DNA of 51,430 nt from a virus (taxonomy: Duplodnaviria > Caudoviricetes): the IMG/VR virus record IMGVR_UViG_3300049917_000136, positions 1-51,430 of that record. The stretch is one strand, 5' to 3'. This document shows, piece by piece, positions 1 to 8,510 of the stretch (position 1 is its first letter; every line of letters begins with the position of its first letter). Under the pieces are notes generated by a model that ran no database searches, was not told where the DNA came from, and was given only the letters and a program-made list of their open reading frames with translations. The position numbers were made by a program, and so were the translations under genes.

Positions 1-1
1 C

Positions 2-673
2 TATCAAGGTCGATTGACTCAAGAGGGCCGTCCAGGTGTATTTATTGTCTTACCAAATAAGAAAGTCTGGATCATTTACAGTGTCGTCGGCGGGCCAGAC
101 TGGGCGGGAGGTTTAATTACAGGGACAATCTCCACACAAGGTACCACATGGAAAATGGATAACGCATTTCTCCTGGAGCGTATGTATCAAGTACATGGTG
201 AGGTGGATGCCAACGGTACTTGGCAAAACGAAATTCAGCTTGTCGGCAATGCGCGTATCACACACGATCCTCCAGTGCTGAGCACGCCACCATATCAAGA
301 TGACGGTTTCGATTTTGTGTATGATTCGAGATCAAAGACAGCGTTTAATATGGCGACGGTAGCAGGACGGTATACAGGGTTGATTGCTGTTCCAACACAA
401 GAGATGGAATTGATACTAGCCGCAAACGGGACAGTAACTGGGCGGAGTGCGGACGGTTGCGGATTCAGCGGCAAAGCGACCGCAACCGGATCAGTTGCGA
501 ATTTCACAGCTACCTATAACGGAGGCGTGACACTGACAACTGGGCAACCCTGTGAACACGGCACGGCCACGGTCACCGGGATTCTCTATGCCGATATTCA
601 AGCCAGGATGATCACTGTGGGCGCCTTGAGTGCTAATAAACAGCAATGGTTCTTATTCATGGGTAAAAAATAA
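2..673 (+). CDS. C-terminal part of a beta-rich lipoprotein (N-terminus probably at 51215..51430)
   Basis: The frame is open from the window edge (YQGRLTQEGR...). It is Gly/Thr-rich with a GCGFSG...C pair and ends FLFMGKK, resembling proteobacterial uncharacterised lipoproteins. Confidence 0.75.
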   Translation, partial: YQGRLTQEGRPGVFIVLPNKKVWIIYSVVGGPDWAGGLITGTISTQGTTWKMDNAFLLERMYQVHGEVDANGTWQNEIQLVGNARITHDPPVLSTPPYQDDGFDFVYDSRSKTAFNMATVAGRYTGLIAVPTQEMELILAANGTVTGRSADGCGFSGKATATGSVANFTATYNGGVTLTTGQPCEHGTATVTGILYADIQARMITVGALSANKQQWFLFMGKK

Positions 674-688
674 ACGAAAGGAGACATC

Positions 689-946
689 ATGGATAACAAA
701 TGGGTGCAAAGTAAGGATAAGACCGACACGAGAAAATGGAAACTTGCAGCGCGAGCAGATACCTATGAAACATTTTACGCAGCATGGACTAGGGCCTCTA
801 CGGGACCGTTTGTCCATCTTTCTAAATTAGATTATGAACTCTGCGAATCACCAGCGAGTGAAAACAACCATACCCCACTCAGTATTTTCGAGAGTATTAA
901 CGAGAAGTTGGACACCATTCTTGCCTTAGTGAAGGAGGGCCGCTGA
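689..946 (+). CDS. Hypothetical protein
   Basis: 85 aa ORF with AAGGAG RBS. Confidence 0.7.
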   Translation: MDNKWVQSKDKTDTRKWKLAARADTYETFYAAWTRASTGPFVHLSKLDYELCESPASENNHTPLSIFESINEKLDTILALVKEGR

Positions 947-1080
947 TATGCAACTCTTATTGACTATCATCATCGCAGCAACTATCATCACATGGCTATG
1001 TATCTATGCTGGATTCGCGATTGTGGATCAGCTGGACGTGATTAGTGACCGACCTGTTGTGTTGAGCAAGGGGGAATAAG

Positions 1081-1332
1081 ATGAATCGTCGGGATTGGTT
1101 TATTATGGTATATGGAAACGCACATGTACAAAGAAGTTCACGACTTTATGTAACAAAAAAGGGTGGGCTACACCCAGGCATTGCAATGGCCACCGTGAAG
1201 GATGGGAATGATTGGGGTGACTTTTACGCAGCAATAGATAGGATAAACGGACGAATTGCAGAGTACGCCCCTTTTACAACTTTTGAAGAGTTTGGGTTTG
1301 ATATAACAGATATATCCACATGGAGTCGATAA
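1081..1332 (+). CDS. Hypothetical protein
   Basis: 83 aa ORF; its stop overlaps the next start (TAATG). Confidence 0.65.
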   Translation: MNRRDWFIMVYGNAHVQRSSRLYVTKKGGLHPGIAMATVKDGNDWGDFYAAIDRINGRIAEYAPFTTFEEFGFDITDISTWSR

Positions 1333-1760
1333 TGCTCTGCCTTGCCCCCATCATATTACTCGGTTACGTGACAGCCATACAAACATCATGGCATGACTCA
1401 GCACAGGTACATCCGTTGATGGGGCAAGTTCAGACATGCAAAGACCGGCTAGGGTTACACCTGAAGGCGGGCGCCGAGCCATGGGTAGCAGGAGGTGTCC
1501 ATTATGGCTTTACATGGCCCATTAAGGAGAACATGGAGTTCACTCTACAGCCTCAAATGGGCCTGTCCTATAGTAATACACAACACCCCTACCAGGGGAG
1601 GCAGATCACAAAATTCGAGGCTGGAGTAGCATTAATGTTGACCTATCAGAGAACTGTGGTATCATTGGAATACACACACATGAGCAATGGAAAGGGGGTT
1701 GATCCGACCAATGCAGGATTGGACCTAGTAGGAATCCAGGTAGGATACCGATTTAAGTAG
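1332..1760 (+). CDS. PagL-like lipid A 3-O-deacylase / acyloxyacyl hydrolase family outer-membrane beta-barrel
   Basis: Hydrophobic N-terminus and amphipathic strands. The C-terminus YTHMSNG...NAGLD...VGYRF contains the PagL H-x-S-N...N-x-G motif and a barrel-type aromatic end. Confidence 0.75.
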   Translation: MLCLAPIILLGYVTAIQTSWHDSAQVHPLMGQVQTCKDRLGLHLKAGAEPWVAGGVHYGFTWPIKENMEFTLQPQMGLSYSNTQHPYQGRQITKFEAGVALMLTYQRTVVSLEYTHMSNGKGVDPTNAGLDLVGIQVGYRFK

Positions 1761-1823
1761 GGCCATTAAACAATCATAGATAGGGCCATTACACACTATT
1801 TACTAATCAAAGGAGAAGGTAAG

Positions 1824-2249
1824 ATGCCACGAACATTGACACACACATTTGTACGGAAATCACCAGTGATTGATAGGGAAACAGGCAAGTTGATTTGTGT
1901 GAAGCTTGATCCACCCTTGTTTGCAATCGGGGCCAAGACGGAAGGTTCAAAGCACACCTATTGGATACCGATTGATGAATTCTATCAGCTGGTGAAGGGT
2001 CGTGAGGATGTCCTATTACGACAGCCAGGGGCTAAACCGGATAATGCCCCTGAACCGACTATTGCAGAGGAGGTGGTGAACATTTTACAGGCCAAGCCGG
2101 GGAAGCGGCTCCATTTTGCTCGCATCCTTCAGGAACTCAAGAACAAGGGAATGGAGCATCTTGACAGGAAGATTGCCGGTCAAATGCTAAGCATGATGAC
2201 CGAGATGGGAACATTAAAGCAGGAAAAGATGGAGTATATTCTCCAATAA
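1824..2249 (+). CDS. Hypothetical protein with probable C-terminal winged-helix domain
   Basis: AAGGAG RBS; EEVVNILQ...LHFARILQEL...QMLSMMTEMGTL pattern. Confidence 0.6.
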   Translation: MPRTLTHTFVRKSPVIDRETGKLICVKLDPPLFAIGAKTEGSKHTYWIPIDEFYQLVKGREDVLLRQPGAKPDNAPEPTIAEEVVNILQAKPGKRLHFARILQELKNKGMEHLDRKIAGQMLSMMTEMGTLKQEKMEYILQ

Positions 2250-2319
2250 AAGGGAAGGGGGCCTGTAATCAGGCAGGCTCCCCTTGCAGTACCATCGAGA
2301 ACGAAACGAAAGGACGTAT

Positions 2320-2607
2320 ATGTCGGATTGTTTGGACGAGTGGGCCAAGCGGGTATTCCAAGAGGATGCCGAACGGATCTTAGTCCAATTTAAAGTGTTA
2401 GTCCATACAACAGATGATGAGATGCAATTCAAGCTCTCACGCGAACTCGCGGCATATATGATGATCAATGGCATGGCGGATACCTGGGAATATGGCCTCT
2501 ATAAGATAGGGGTTCTGGTGGGGGAATATCGAGGGACGTTGCAAGTCTGGAACCACATTGAGGAAGCATTGAAAATGAAGCAGCAAACAGAGGTGACACA
2601 TGGATAA
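2320..2607 (+). CDS. Hypothetical protein
   Basis: Part of ORF 2284..2607; the ATG at 2320 follows AAGGA. Confidence 0.6.
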   Translation: MSDCLDEWAKRVFQEDAERILVQFKVLVHTTDDEMQFKLSRELAAYMMINGMADTWEYGLYKIGVLVGEYRGTLQVWNHIEEALKMKQQTEVTHG

Positions 2608-2766
2608 GATATGGGTGGTGTGGCGTGTTGGGCCGGATGGTGAGTCTAGGATTGTAAATGCGGTATATTCTAGGAGAAGTGGATTAGATCAGCTGCAACA
2701 TGCAAATACCTGGTTTACAGAGTATAAGCATAAACTAGTGGCGTACCAAAAAGTCGAGGAGGTCCG

Positions 2767-3132
2767 ATGAGAACGATTGAAGTGGAATTAGAGGTGGATC
2801 TGTCCTATGACCGTGATGGTGACTTGAACGATGCCGAGGCATTTTGTTTTGATCCGCGGTTAGGGATGCAGGATCGACTTGTGAAGAAATGGTTCAAGGC
2901 GGCGGCAATCGATGAGTTCACCCTTACCTACGAAGAAGCCAAGGAGAGGCCCATGAGTGTCTTACGGAAAATTATACTGGAAGTGGGCGTTGAACAGAGG
3001 CCGAATGGAGAGTATGATGCTACTTGTCAGAATGATGTGCCGAATTATGTCAAGGCGTGGGCCGAACGAGTCATGATCGATGAGGTGTCGGCGGAAACCA
3101 TCCAAGCAAAAGAAAGGAAACTGGCATCATGA
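2767..3132 (+). CDS. Hypothetical acidic protein
   Basis: 121 aa ORF with GGAGG RBS. Confidence 0.7.
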   Translation: MRTIEVELEVDLSYDRDGDLNDAEAFCFDPRLGMQDRLVKKWFKAAAIDEFTLTYEEAKERPMSVLRKIILEVGVEQRPNGEYDATCQNDVPNYVKAWAERVMIDEVSAETIQAKERKLAS

Positions 3133-3985
3133 AAGTCTATCTCAATCTCACCAGAGATTATGTCCAACGCAGTGAGAAGATGCGTGAGCTAAACCAACAT
3201 CCTGTCCACATGAACGTTCACAATTCAGACATGCTCGCGCTGGTGTTCTCGTTTACGTTGCTGGCAGCAAGCATTGTTTGGTTACTATTGGGGGAATAAA
3301 ATGAAAGAATACAGTATGTATATAGTTGATTCCGTTTCCATGCTTATCATGGGAATTATCATAGGTTGGGGGCTTAAGACAATTTACGGTTGTTTCTAAG
3401 GAGGACACCATGGATGATGCCACTTTTGAGCGTATTAAACGTCAACACGTAAAGAAAGTAATGCCCCTTCTTTTAAGCCTTGCATTAGCCTGGTTGGTTT
3501 TGGGTTTGCTTGCGGTTCCGATTGTATACTACATCATTTCGCAATTTGTGAAATAGGAGGACATCATGAAATGGCTACAAAACTTGCTAATCACTTGTAC
3601 CATCGTGCAGATCATTGGGCCGAATGGGTTGCCGGTTGTCTACTCAGTCTGTTGCAGCATGGGGGTTTGTACCTATCAACCGATGTGAGGTGTCGCTATG
3701 GATAAAATAGATTGGGGTGAACAACGGAAAATCATAGAACGTTTAGAACTAGAAGTAAGGCATGACTTGAAACAAGACGAGTTTTATAAAGATTTGACTG
3801 TCGATGAACGTATAGCTTTAGGGCGAGAATTAGAGTTAATTCAGGTGGTGAAATCCTTACTCTAAAGGAGATGAACATGCTGAGTGCCAAAGAATTCTTC
3901 ATCCAATACGAACAGGAACACGGCACCATCGAGAACGCTGACGAAGCCTGGGTAGAGTGGATTGAGAGGTATATGAAGGAGGAGG

Positions 3986-4357
3986 ATGATGACACAACAA
4001 GAGACGTTTGATTATGTCTATAGGAAGATCATCGAGCAGGGGGGACCGTCAGTGAAATCTATGGGCTTCACAAATTCAAAATCCTGCGTGTATCGAGGTG
4101 AAGATGACAGACGTTGTGCAATTGGATGGTTGATTCCCGACGAATTGTATCAACCTACATTTGATAACGGTTTAGAGACTTTTGGGGATATTATATCATG
4201 TATAAAGCTTCCCCTAGATTTTACTTTTTACCAAGAACTTCAAGCATGTCATGACGATGCCTTTTTTCGTTTGCGTGAAGCAGTTAATTTTATAGAGGCT
4301 TTCAAGGTAAACATGGCTAAATTTGCCGACAATTATGGATTAGTACTCCCATTATGA
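3986..4357 (+). CDS. Conserved phage hypothetical protein
   Basis: GGAGG RBS; the CxYR...RCAIGWLIPDE pattern is of a kind often seen in phage early proteins. Confidence 0.7.
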   Translation: MMTQQETFDYVYRKIIEQGGPSVKSMGFTNSKSCVYRGEDDRRCAIGWLIPDELYQPTFDNGLETFGDIISCIKLPLDFTFYQELQACHDDAFFRLREAVNFIEAFKVNMAKFADNYGLVLPL

Positions 4358-4371
4358 CCTGGAGGATGAAC

Positions 4372-4590
4372 ATGACCGAGCAAGCTGAAGTCACTATGAA
4401 CTTTAATGCAGCAGAGTGTATCAAATCTGTGACACACTGGGGGCATACAACCTATCATAATATTTGCAATCATACAGTCGTTGATTTACCATGGGGGTTT
4501 GTTTATTACGGTTTTGCTTTCTTTTTGGTGGCGACTATCGCAATTGTAGTTATTCGGCTTATTATAGCCGCGCTTGCAGGCGATCTATAG
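4372..4590 (+). CDS. Small membrane protein
   Basis: C-terminal hydrophobic helix; GGAGG upstream. Confidence 0.6.
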   Translation: MTEQAEVTMNFNAAECIKSVTHWGHTTYHNICNHTVVDLPWGFVYYGFAFFLVATIAIVVIRLIIAALAGDL

Positions 4591-4822
4591 GCACAACATG
4601 ACCGGCAACACCCTATGGGCCGAACAAGTGGAATCGCAGCTCCAGCCAGGGGTGCATTATAAGCAGGCCGAGCTGTTGGTGTTCTCGAAGCTTGTCACGA
4701 GGATGCGTGAGGACGGTTTGAGTATGGAAGCCATACGGCGCCACTTTGAGACAACGTTTGACATCAAATATGGGACCTTTTATAGACGCCTGAAGAAGGC
4801 GGGAGAGGGGAGGGTTATATGA
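4574..4822 (+). CDS. Putative helix-turn-helix DNA-binding protein
   Basis: GLSMEAIRRHF...IKYGTFYRRLKK is HTH-like. Confidence 0.55.
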   Translation: MQAIYRHNMTGNTLWAEQVESQLQPGVHYKQAELLVFSKLVTRMREDGLSMEAIRRHFETTFDIKYGTFYRRLKKAGEGRVI

Positions 4823-4988
4823 TGGCAACAAAGACTTATTCGTTAACGTATGATGATGCTGTTAAGGCAATTATATATTATATAAGAGCGCATACTGGCG
4901 ATTGTACATTACGAGAATCGTCAGCGCAATTTGGTTGTGTTGTACAAAATTATAGCAAATTTTTTACTATTGAGGAGGAGGATACAAA

Positions 4989-5156
4989 ATGAACTGCCCA
5001 AAATGTGCTGGATTATTGGTGAAAGATTATATGTTGACGTTTGGTCAACCGACCGTATGCAAGCGATGTGTGAATTGTGGCTACATGGCTGATCCCGTGT
5101 TTGAGCGAAACCGGATGTTACAGAAGGAGAAACCGTATGATTATGTCATATCGTGA
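4989..5156 (+). CDS. Small zinc-ribbon protein (55 aa; not in the ORF track)
   Basis: My translation: MNCPKCAGLLVKDY...CKRCVNCGYMADPVFERNR...; strong GGAGGA RBS. Confidence 0.75.
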   Translation: MNCPKCAGLLVKDYMLTFGQPTVCKRCVNCGYMADPVFERNRMLQKEKPYDYVIS

Positions 5157-5388
5157 GTGGTTTACCAATGATCCGGACATACGATGGTGGCACATTGCCG
5201 TGAAAGCATTATGCTGTCCGAGTGGGGAACGAAGTTTGGTCATGTATGAAACATGGGGCCTTCCTTCTCATGAAGGTAGTGTAAAATTCTGCCCGTGGTG
5301 TGGGTATGAGTTACCAAGTGTTGGGGAGTTATTATCAACCGTGAGAGAGGAGCGGTTAAAGCTAAAGTATCATGAAGACGAACCATGA
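5137..5388 (+). CDS. Hypothetical protein with FCPWCG zinc-binding motif
   Basis: AAGGAG RBS before ATG 5137. Confidence 0.6.
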   Translation: MIMSYREWFTNDPDIRWWHIAVKALCCPSGERSLVMYETWGLPSHEGSVKFCPWCGYELPSVGELLSTVREERLKLKYHEDEP

Positions 5389-5492
5389 ACCAATTCGGTT
5401 CCCCGCTATTGAGAGGTTATTAGAAAACATCGGCCAGCAAGGTCATGACGTGTACGGCTTTATCCATTTCGTGAACAAGGAGCTATACGAAG

Positions 5493-6080
5493 ATGCCAAA
5501 GAGGAGTATCGCCAAATCACCCGACCTGATGCCAAACGGACAAAATCGTGAGGTCTATACCAGGCTATGTCATGAGTTTATTGAGGAGAATTACGAACGG
5601 TTATCGAATTATGCCAGGAAAGTTTGTTACAGTAACGAAGAATATGCAAAAGATGTGCTACATACTACGTTTACTGTACTACTGGAAGGGCGGCATAACA
5701 TCGATTTTACTGGAAAACCAATTACTGTATTTTATGATATGCTCAAGTGCTATGCCAATCCGAATCGGTATAGCGTGACAAGGAACATGCAATGGGTGCC
5801 GTTTGATGATAATGAGTTTGTTTATGGTGTGAAAAAGGATTCTGATATTTCTTTTTTAGCCACACATTTTGACTTACTAACAAAACGATTAACAAAGACA
5901 CAAAGAATTTATCTTGAAATGTGGCTTGATGGCCTTACCAATAAAGAAATGCAACAACGCCGTCCATCAGGGAAAACAAACATTCAAATCCTTCTCACTG
6001 AAGCTCGTAAGCGTATCAGGAGGGCTGCCATAGCTCTGCTTCAAGCCGATTCATTAGGTGTGACGGAACATCCACGATAG
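5493..6080 (+). CDS. ECF/sigma70-family RNA polymerase sigma factor
   Basis: Region 2-like ENYERLSNYARKVC...AKDVLHTTF. Region 4-like LTKTQRIYLEM..DGLTNKEM...LTEARKRIR. Confidence 0.8.
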   Translation: MPKRSIAKSPDLMPNGQNREVYTRLCHEFIEENYERLSNYARKVCYSNEEYAKDVLHTTFTVLLEGRHNIDFTGKPITVFYDMLKCYANPNRYSVTRNMQWVPFDDNEFVYGVKKDSDISFLATHFDLLTKRLTKTQRIYLEMWLDGLTNKEMQQRRPSGKTNIQILLTEARKRIRRAAIALLQADSLGVTEHPR

Positions 6081-6915
6081 TATGGGAGATATGCCGATGG
6101 AAATCAGCCCACGAGGACCATGATGTGCCATTCCAGATACGGCGGATCGAGGCTTCCATCTTGGGAAGTGTCGCTAGTTCAGGAAATGAGAACTGCTTGG
6201 TAATCTTATCGAAGTCACAACGTAGATCAAATGACTCGTCAAACCGGCATTCCGACGAGAACCGCCCTCCATAGAGCATATAGATCGCATCAACTTCACC
6301 AGCAAAGAATGATGTTCCCCGGCCTGCATCCCCGGGAGTAATGCGAGTCTGAATCTTTTGGCCAGGTGGGGGGCTAAGTTTGTGGGTATGGTGAATAAAG
6401 ATCACACATTGATCCTTAAACACGTCATTTAAGGTGTCAAATAGCTCCTTACCGACGTTGCTAGAATTCTCATCACCGTTGTATATCTTACGGAGGGTAT
6501 CGACAATCACAAGGTTGGGTTGGACATCTTCTAAGACTTGCTGGAGGTACATCACGTCTTCGACATTCTTGAGCACATCGAGCTTTGTTTTATGCGCGGG
6601 GTTTTTGACGTTAACCATATAGAAATTATCGGGAAATTCTATTCCAGCTCGCATGATGTCATGGAGGCGTTTTCTCCAGATGTTATGCGGGGTATCATAT
6701 TGAAGATACAGGACTTTCGCAGCGCGAGCAGGCCGACCCATGAACGGCTCACCTTTCGCAATTGCCAAGCCAATTTGGAGGGCCAGGAATGATTTACCAA
6801 CTTTTTGGGGACCGAGCAGAAGAATCCGGCCACGATAGGGCAAGAACTCATCAATTAGATAAGCCTCATCTTCTGCGGGGAGATTTGCATACTCAGATAG
6901 GGTTAAATAATCCAT
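6016..6915 (-). CDS. RepA-like (AAA_25 / RSF1010 RepA-type SF4) helicase
   Basis: Walker A GPQKVGKS, Walker B LVIVDTL, DENS, IHHTHK and GRGTS motifs; GGAGG RBS before ATG 6915. Confidence 0.85.
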   Translation of the reverse strand: MDYLTLSEYANLPAEDEAYLIDEFLPYRGRILLLGPQKVGKSFLALQIGLAIAKGEPFMGRPARAAKVLYLQYDTPHNIWRKRLHDIMRAGIEFPDNFYMVNVKNPAHKTKLDVLKNVEDVMYLQQVLEDVQPNLVIVDTLRKIYNGDENSSNVGKELFDTLNDVFKDQCVIFIHHTHKLSPPPGQKIQTRITPGDAGRGTSFFAGEVDAIYMLYGGRFSSECRFDESFDLRCDFDKITKQFSFPELATLPKMEASIRRIWNGTSWSSWADFHRHISHTIVDVPSHLMNRLEAELWQPS

Positions 6916-6931
6916 AGCACCTCCATGCCGC

Positions 6932-6964
6932 ATTATAGCATATTTTTCGTTTTTATGCTATAAT
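6932..6964. promoter_or_regulatory. Back-to-back extended -10 promoters (TGCTATAAT on both strands)
   Basis: Perfect 11-bp inverted repeat ATTATAGCATA-N11-TATGCTATAAT between divergent genes. Confidence 0.7.
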
Positions 6965-6995
6965 ACACCATCGAGACATTGTTAGGGAGGTGTGA

Positions 6996-7271
6996 ATGGA
7001 TATCCAAACAACATTGGATGAGCGTAAGAAGACGCATGGGGATTTTAGACTACATGCAGAATGTACACAGACACTTAAAGGTGTGGTTGCCTATCTGATG
7101 CAAGAACATGATCGGCTTCCATTGAAAAATGAACACGCGGAAACTCTTGACATGATCTTTCATAAAATTGGTCGTATCATTGCCGGAGACCCCAACTGTA
7201 AGGATCATTGGCACGATATCGCTGGATATGCAAAGTTAGCAGAGCAGGCATGTGAGGCGAAAGATGTATAG
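6996..7271 (+). CDS. DUF6378-like phage protein
   Basis: ERKKTHGDF...MIFHKIGRI..GD....DHWHDIAGYA signature. Confidence 0.8.
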   Translation: MDIQTTLDERKKTHGDFRLHAECTQTLKGVVAYLMQEHDRLPLKNEHAETLDMIFHKIGRIIAGDPNCKDHWHDIAGYAKLAEQACEAKDV

Positions 7272-8142
7272 CCCCAGTAGCCGAGAAGATTTCGGCTTTT
7301 GTAACCGCGCATTCTGGCTGCGTAAAAACGGCTGGGTGCCGCGTGTCATTAGTTACCCTGAACTATGTGCCATGGGTGGGAATGCCGTTGGTAAGGCGAT
7401 GGAGGAATGGAACCTGGCGTTAATGGCGGGGCAAGAAATAAACCTCGAGGTGTTGTGTAACATTGCTCATGGAACATGGGATGCTGATTTAGGTAAGCAA
7501 CTAGAAGCTGGGCGAACCGTACATACGTTATATGGCAAGCCGTCAGCGGATGATATTTGCAGTATGTTAACAGGGATGGTATCTTTGTTATGGAAAGAAA
7601 ACCCCCTGAAACCTTACGCTATCCTCTCAGCTGAAGAAGTATTTCCACAAGCCGGGAACGCTCGCCTAGATGTCCGAGTCAAGCAAGCTGATGGGCGCCA
7701 GATTGTGTTTGATTACAAGTGTAAATTTGGGGAGTTCGATCTTGGTAAGGATGGAAAGTACCTCGATAAAGAATTCAACAAACACTTTACAGGCGAACAG
7801 CGGTTGACTTATACTACGATGACACAGACAGATTGCTTTGGTATTATACTAGTCATCCCCAAACCTAAGCTCTACCAACGAATCGGCAAGCCGATGGTTG
7901 TCACGAGGAAGGTACCAGTGCGGACGGCGGAACAGTCGGTATGGCTCCATAATGCGAATTTGATTACCCCTTATATGGACCACGTATTGACCATCCAAAG
8001 TCCGTTGCTGGTACCGGGGAAGACGTTTCCGCATGCGAATGATTTTGGGGAATGTAAGTATGCCAAAGCGTGTCTGGATTATGCGCTGGATGAGGAGATG
8101 ATGAAGTTGGATTACATCCAAATCAAAAAGGAGGCAACATGA
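7264..8142 (+). CDS. PD-(D/E)XK (RecB/Cas4-like) exonuclease
   Basis: RLD...FDYK catalytic pattern, QRLTY motif, N- and C-terminal Cys; lies near the Sak4/SSB genes. Confidence 0.75.
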   Translation: MYSPSSREDFGFCNRAFWLRKNGWVPRVISYPELCAMGGNAVGKAMEEWNLALMAGQEINLEVLCNIAHGTWDADLGKQLEAGRTVHTLYGKPSADDICSMLTGMVSLLWKENPLKPYAILSAEEVFPQAGNARLDVRVKQADGRQIVFDYKCKFGEFDLGKDGKYLDKEFNKHFTGEQRLTYTTMTQTDCFGIILVIPKPKLYQRIGKPMVVTRKVPVRTAEQSVWLHNANLITPYMDHVLTIQSPLLVPGKTFPHANDFGECKYAKACLDYALDEEMMKLDYIQIKKEAT

Positions 8143-8510
8143 GACTTTCAGAAGCAATGCGATTGGGGATGCCGTTTGTGAAGGATGATAAGCATGTATT
8201 TCTTTATAAGGATTGCGGATGTGCGATAGGGGCGGCGTTGTGGGCGATTGGGTACCGTGATGTTTGGAGTGGTGGAAATGTTTGTCGTAAAGAGTGGCCG
8301 TGGACAACGCGCATGAGCCATGAATTACAATTACCACGTCTCGACATTGCAAGTGAAATATCACACAGGCATTACTGGCAAAACAAATCACGCAGCGACA
8401 TCGCTAACTGGATTGAAACACTCGAAAACCAGTACGGCATCACCGATGGCCAAGTATCGAAAGAGGTAACAACCAACGTGGAAGAGGGTGAATATGTCAG
8501 CCAGCGATGA
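8139..8510 (+). CDS. Hypothetical protein
   Basis: MRLSEAMRLG...CGCAIGAAL pattern; GGAGG RBS. Confidence 0.65.
   Translation: MRLSEAMRLGMPFVKDDKHVFLYKDCGCAIGAALWAIGYRDVWSGGNVCRKEWPWTTRMSHELQLPRLDIASEISHRHYWQNKSRSDIANWIETLENQYGITDGQVSKEVTTNVEEGEYVSQR

Noticed and set aside
1758-1791. Direct repeat TAGGGCCATTA x2, and recurring GGAGACATCATG start contexts
   Set aside because: Too short and too few; explained by a local duplication and RBS preference.
7264-8142. Cas4 as part of a CRISPR system
   Set aside because: There are no other cas genes or array; the Sak4/SSB context indicates a recombination exonuclease.
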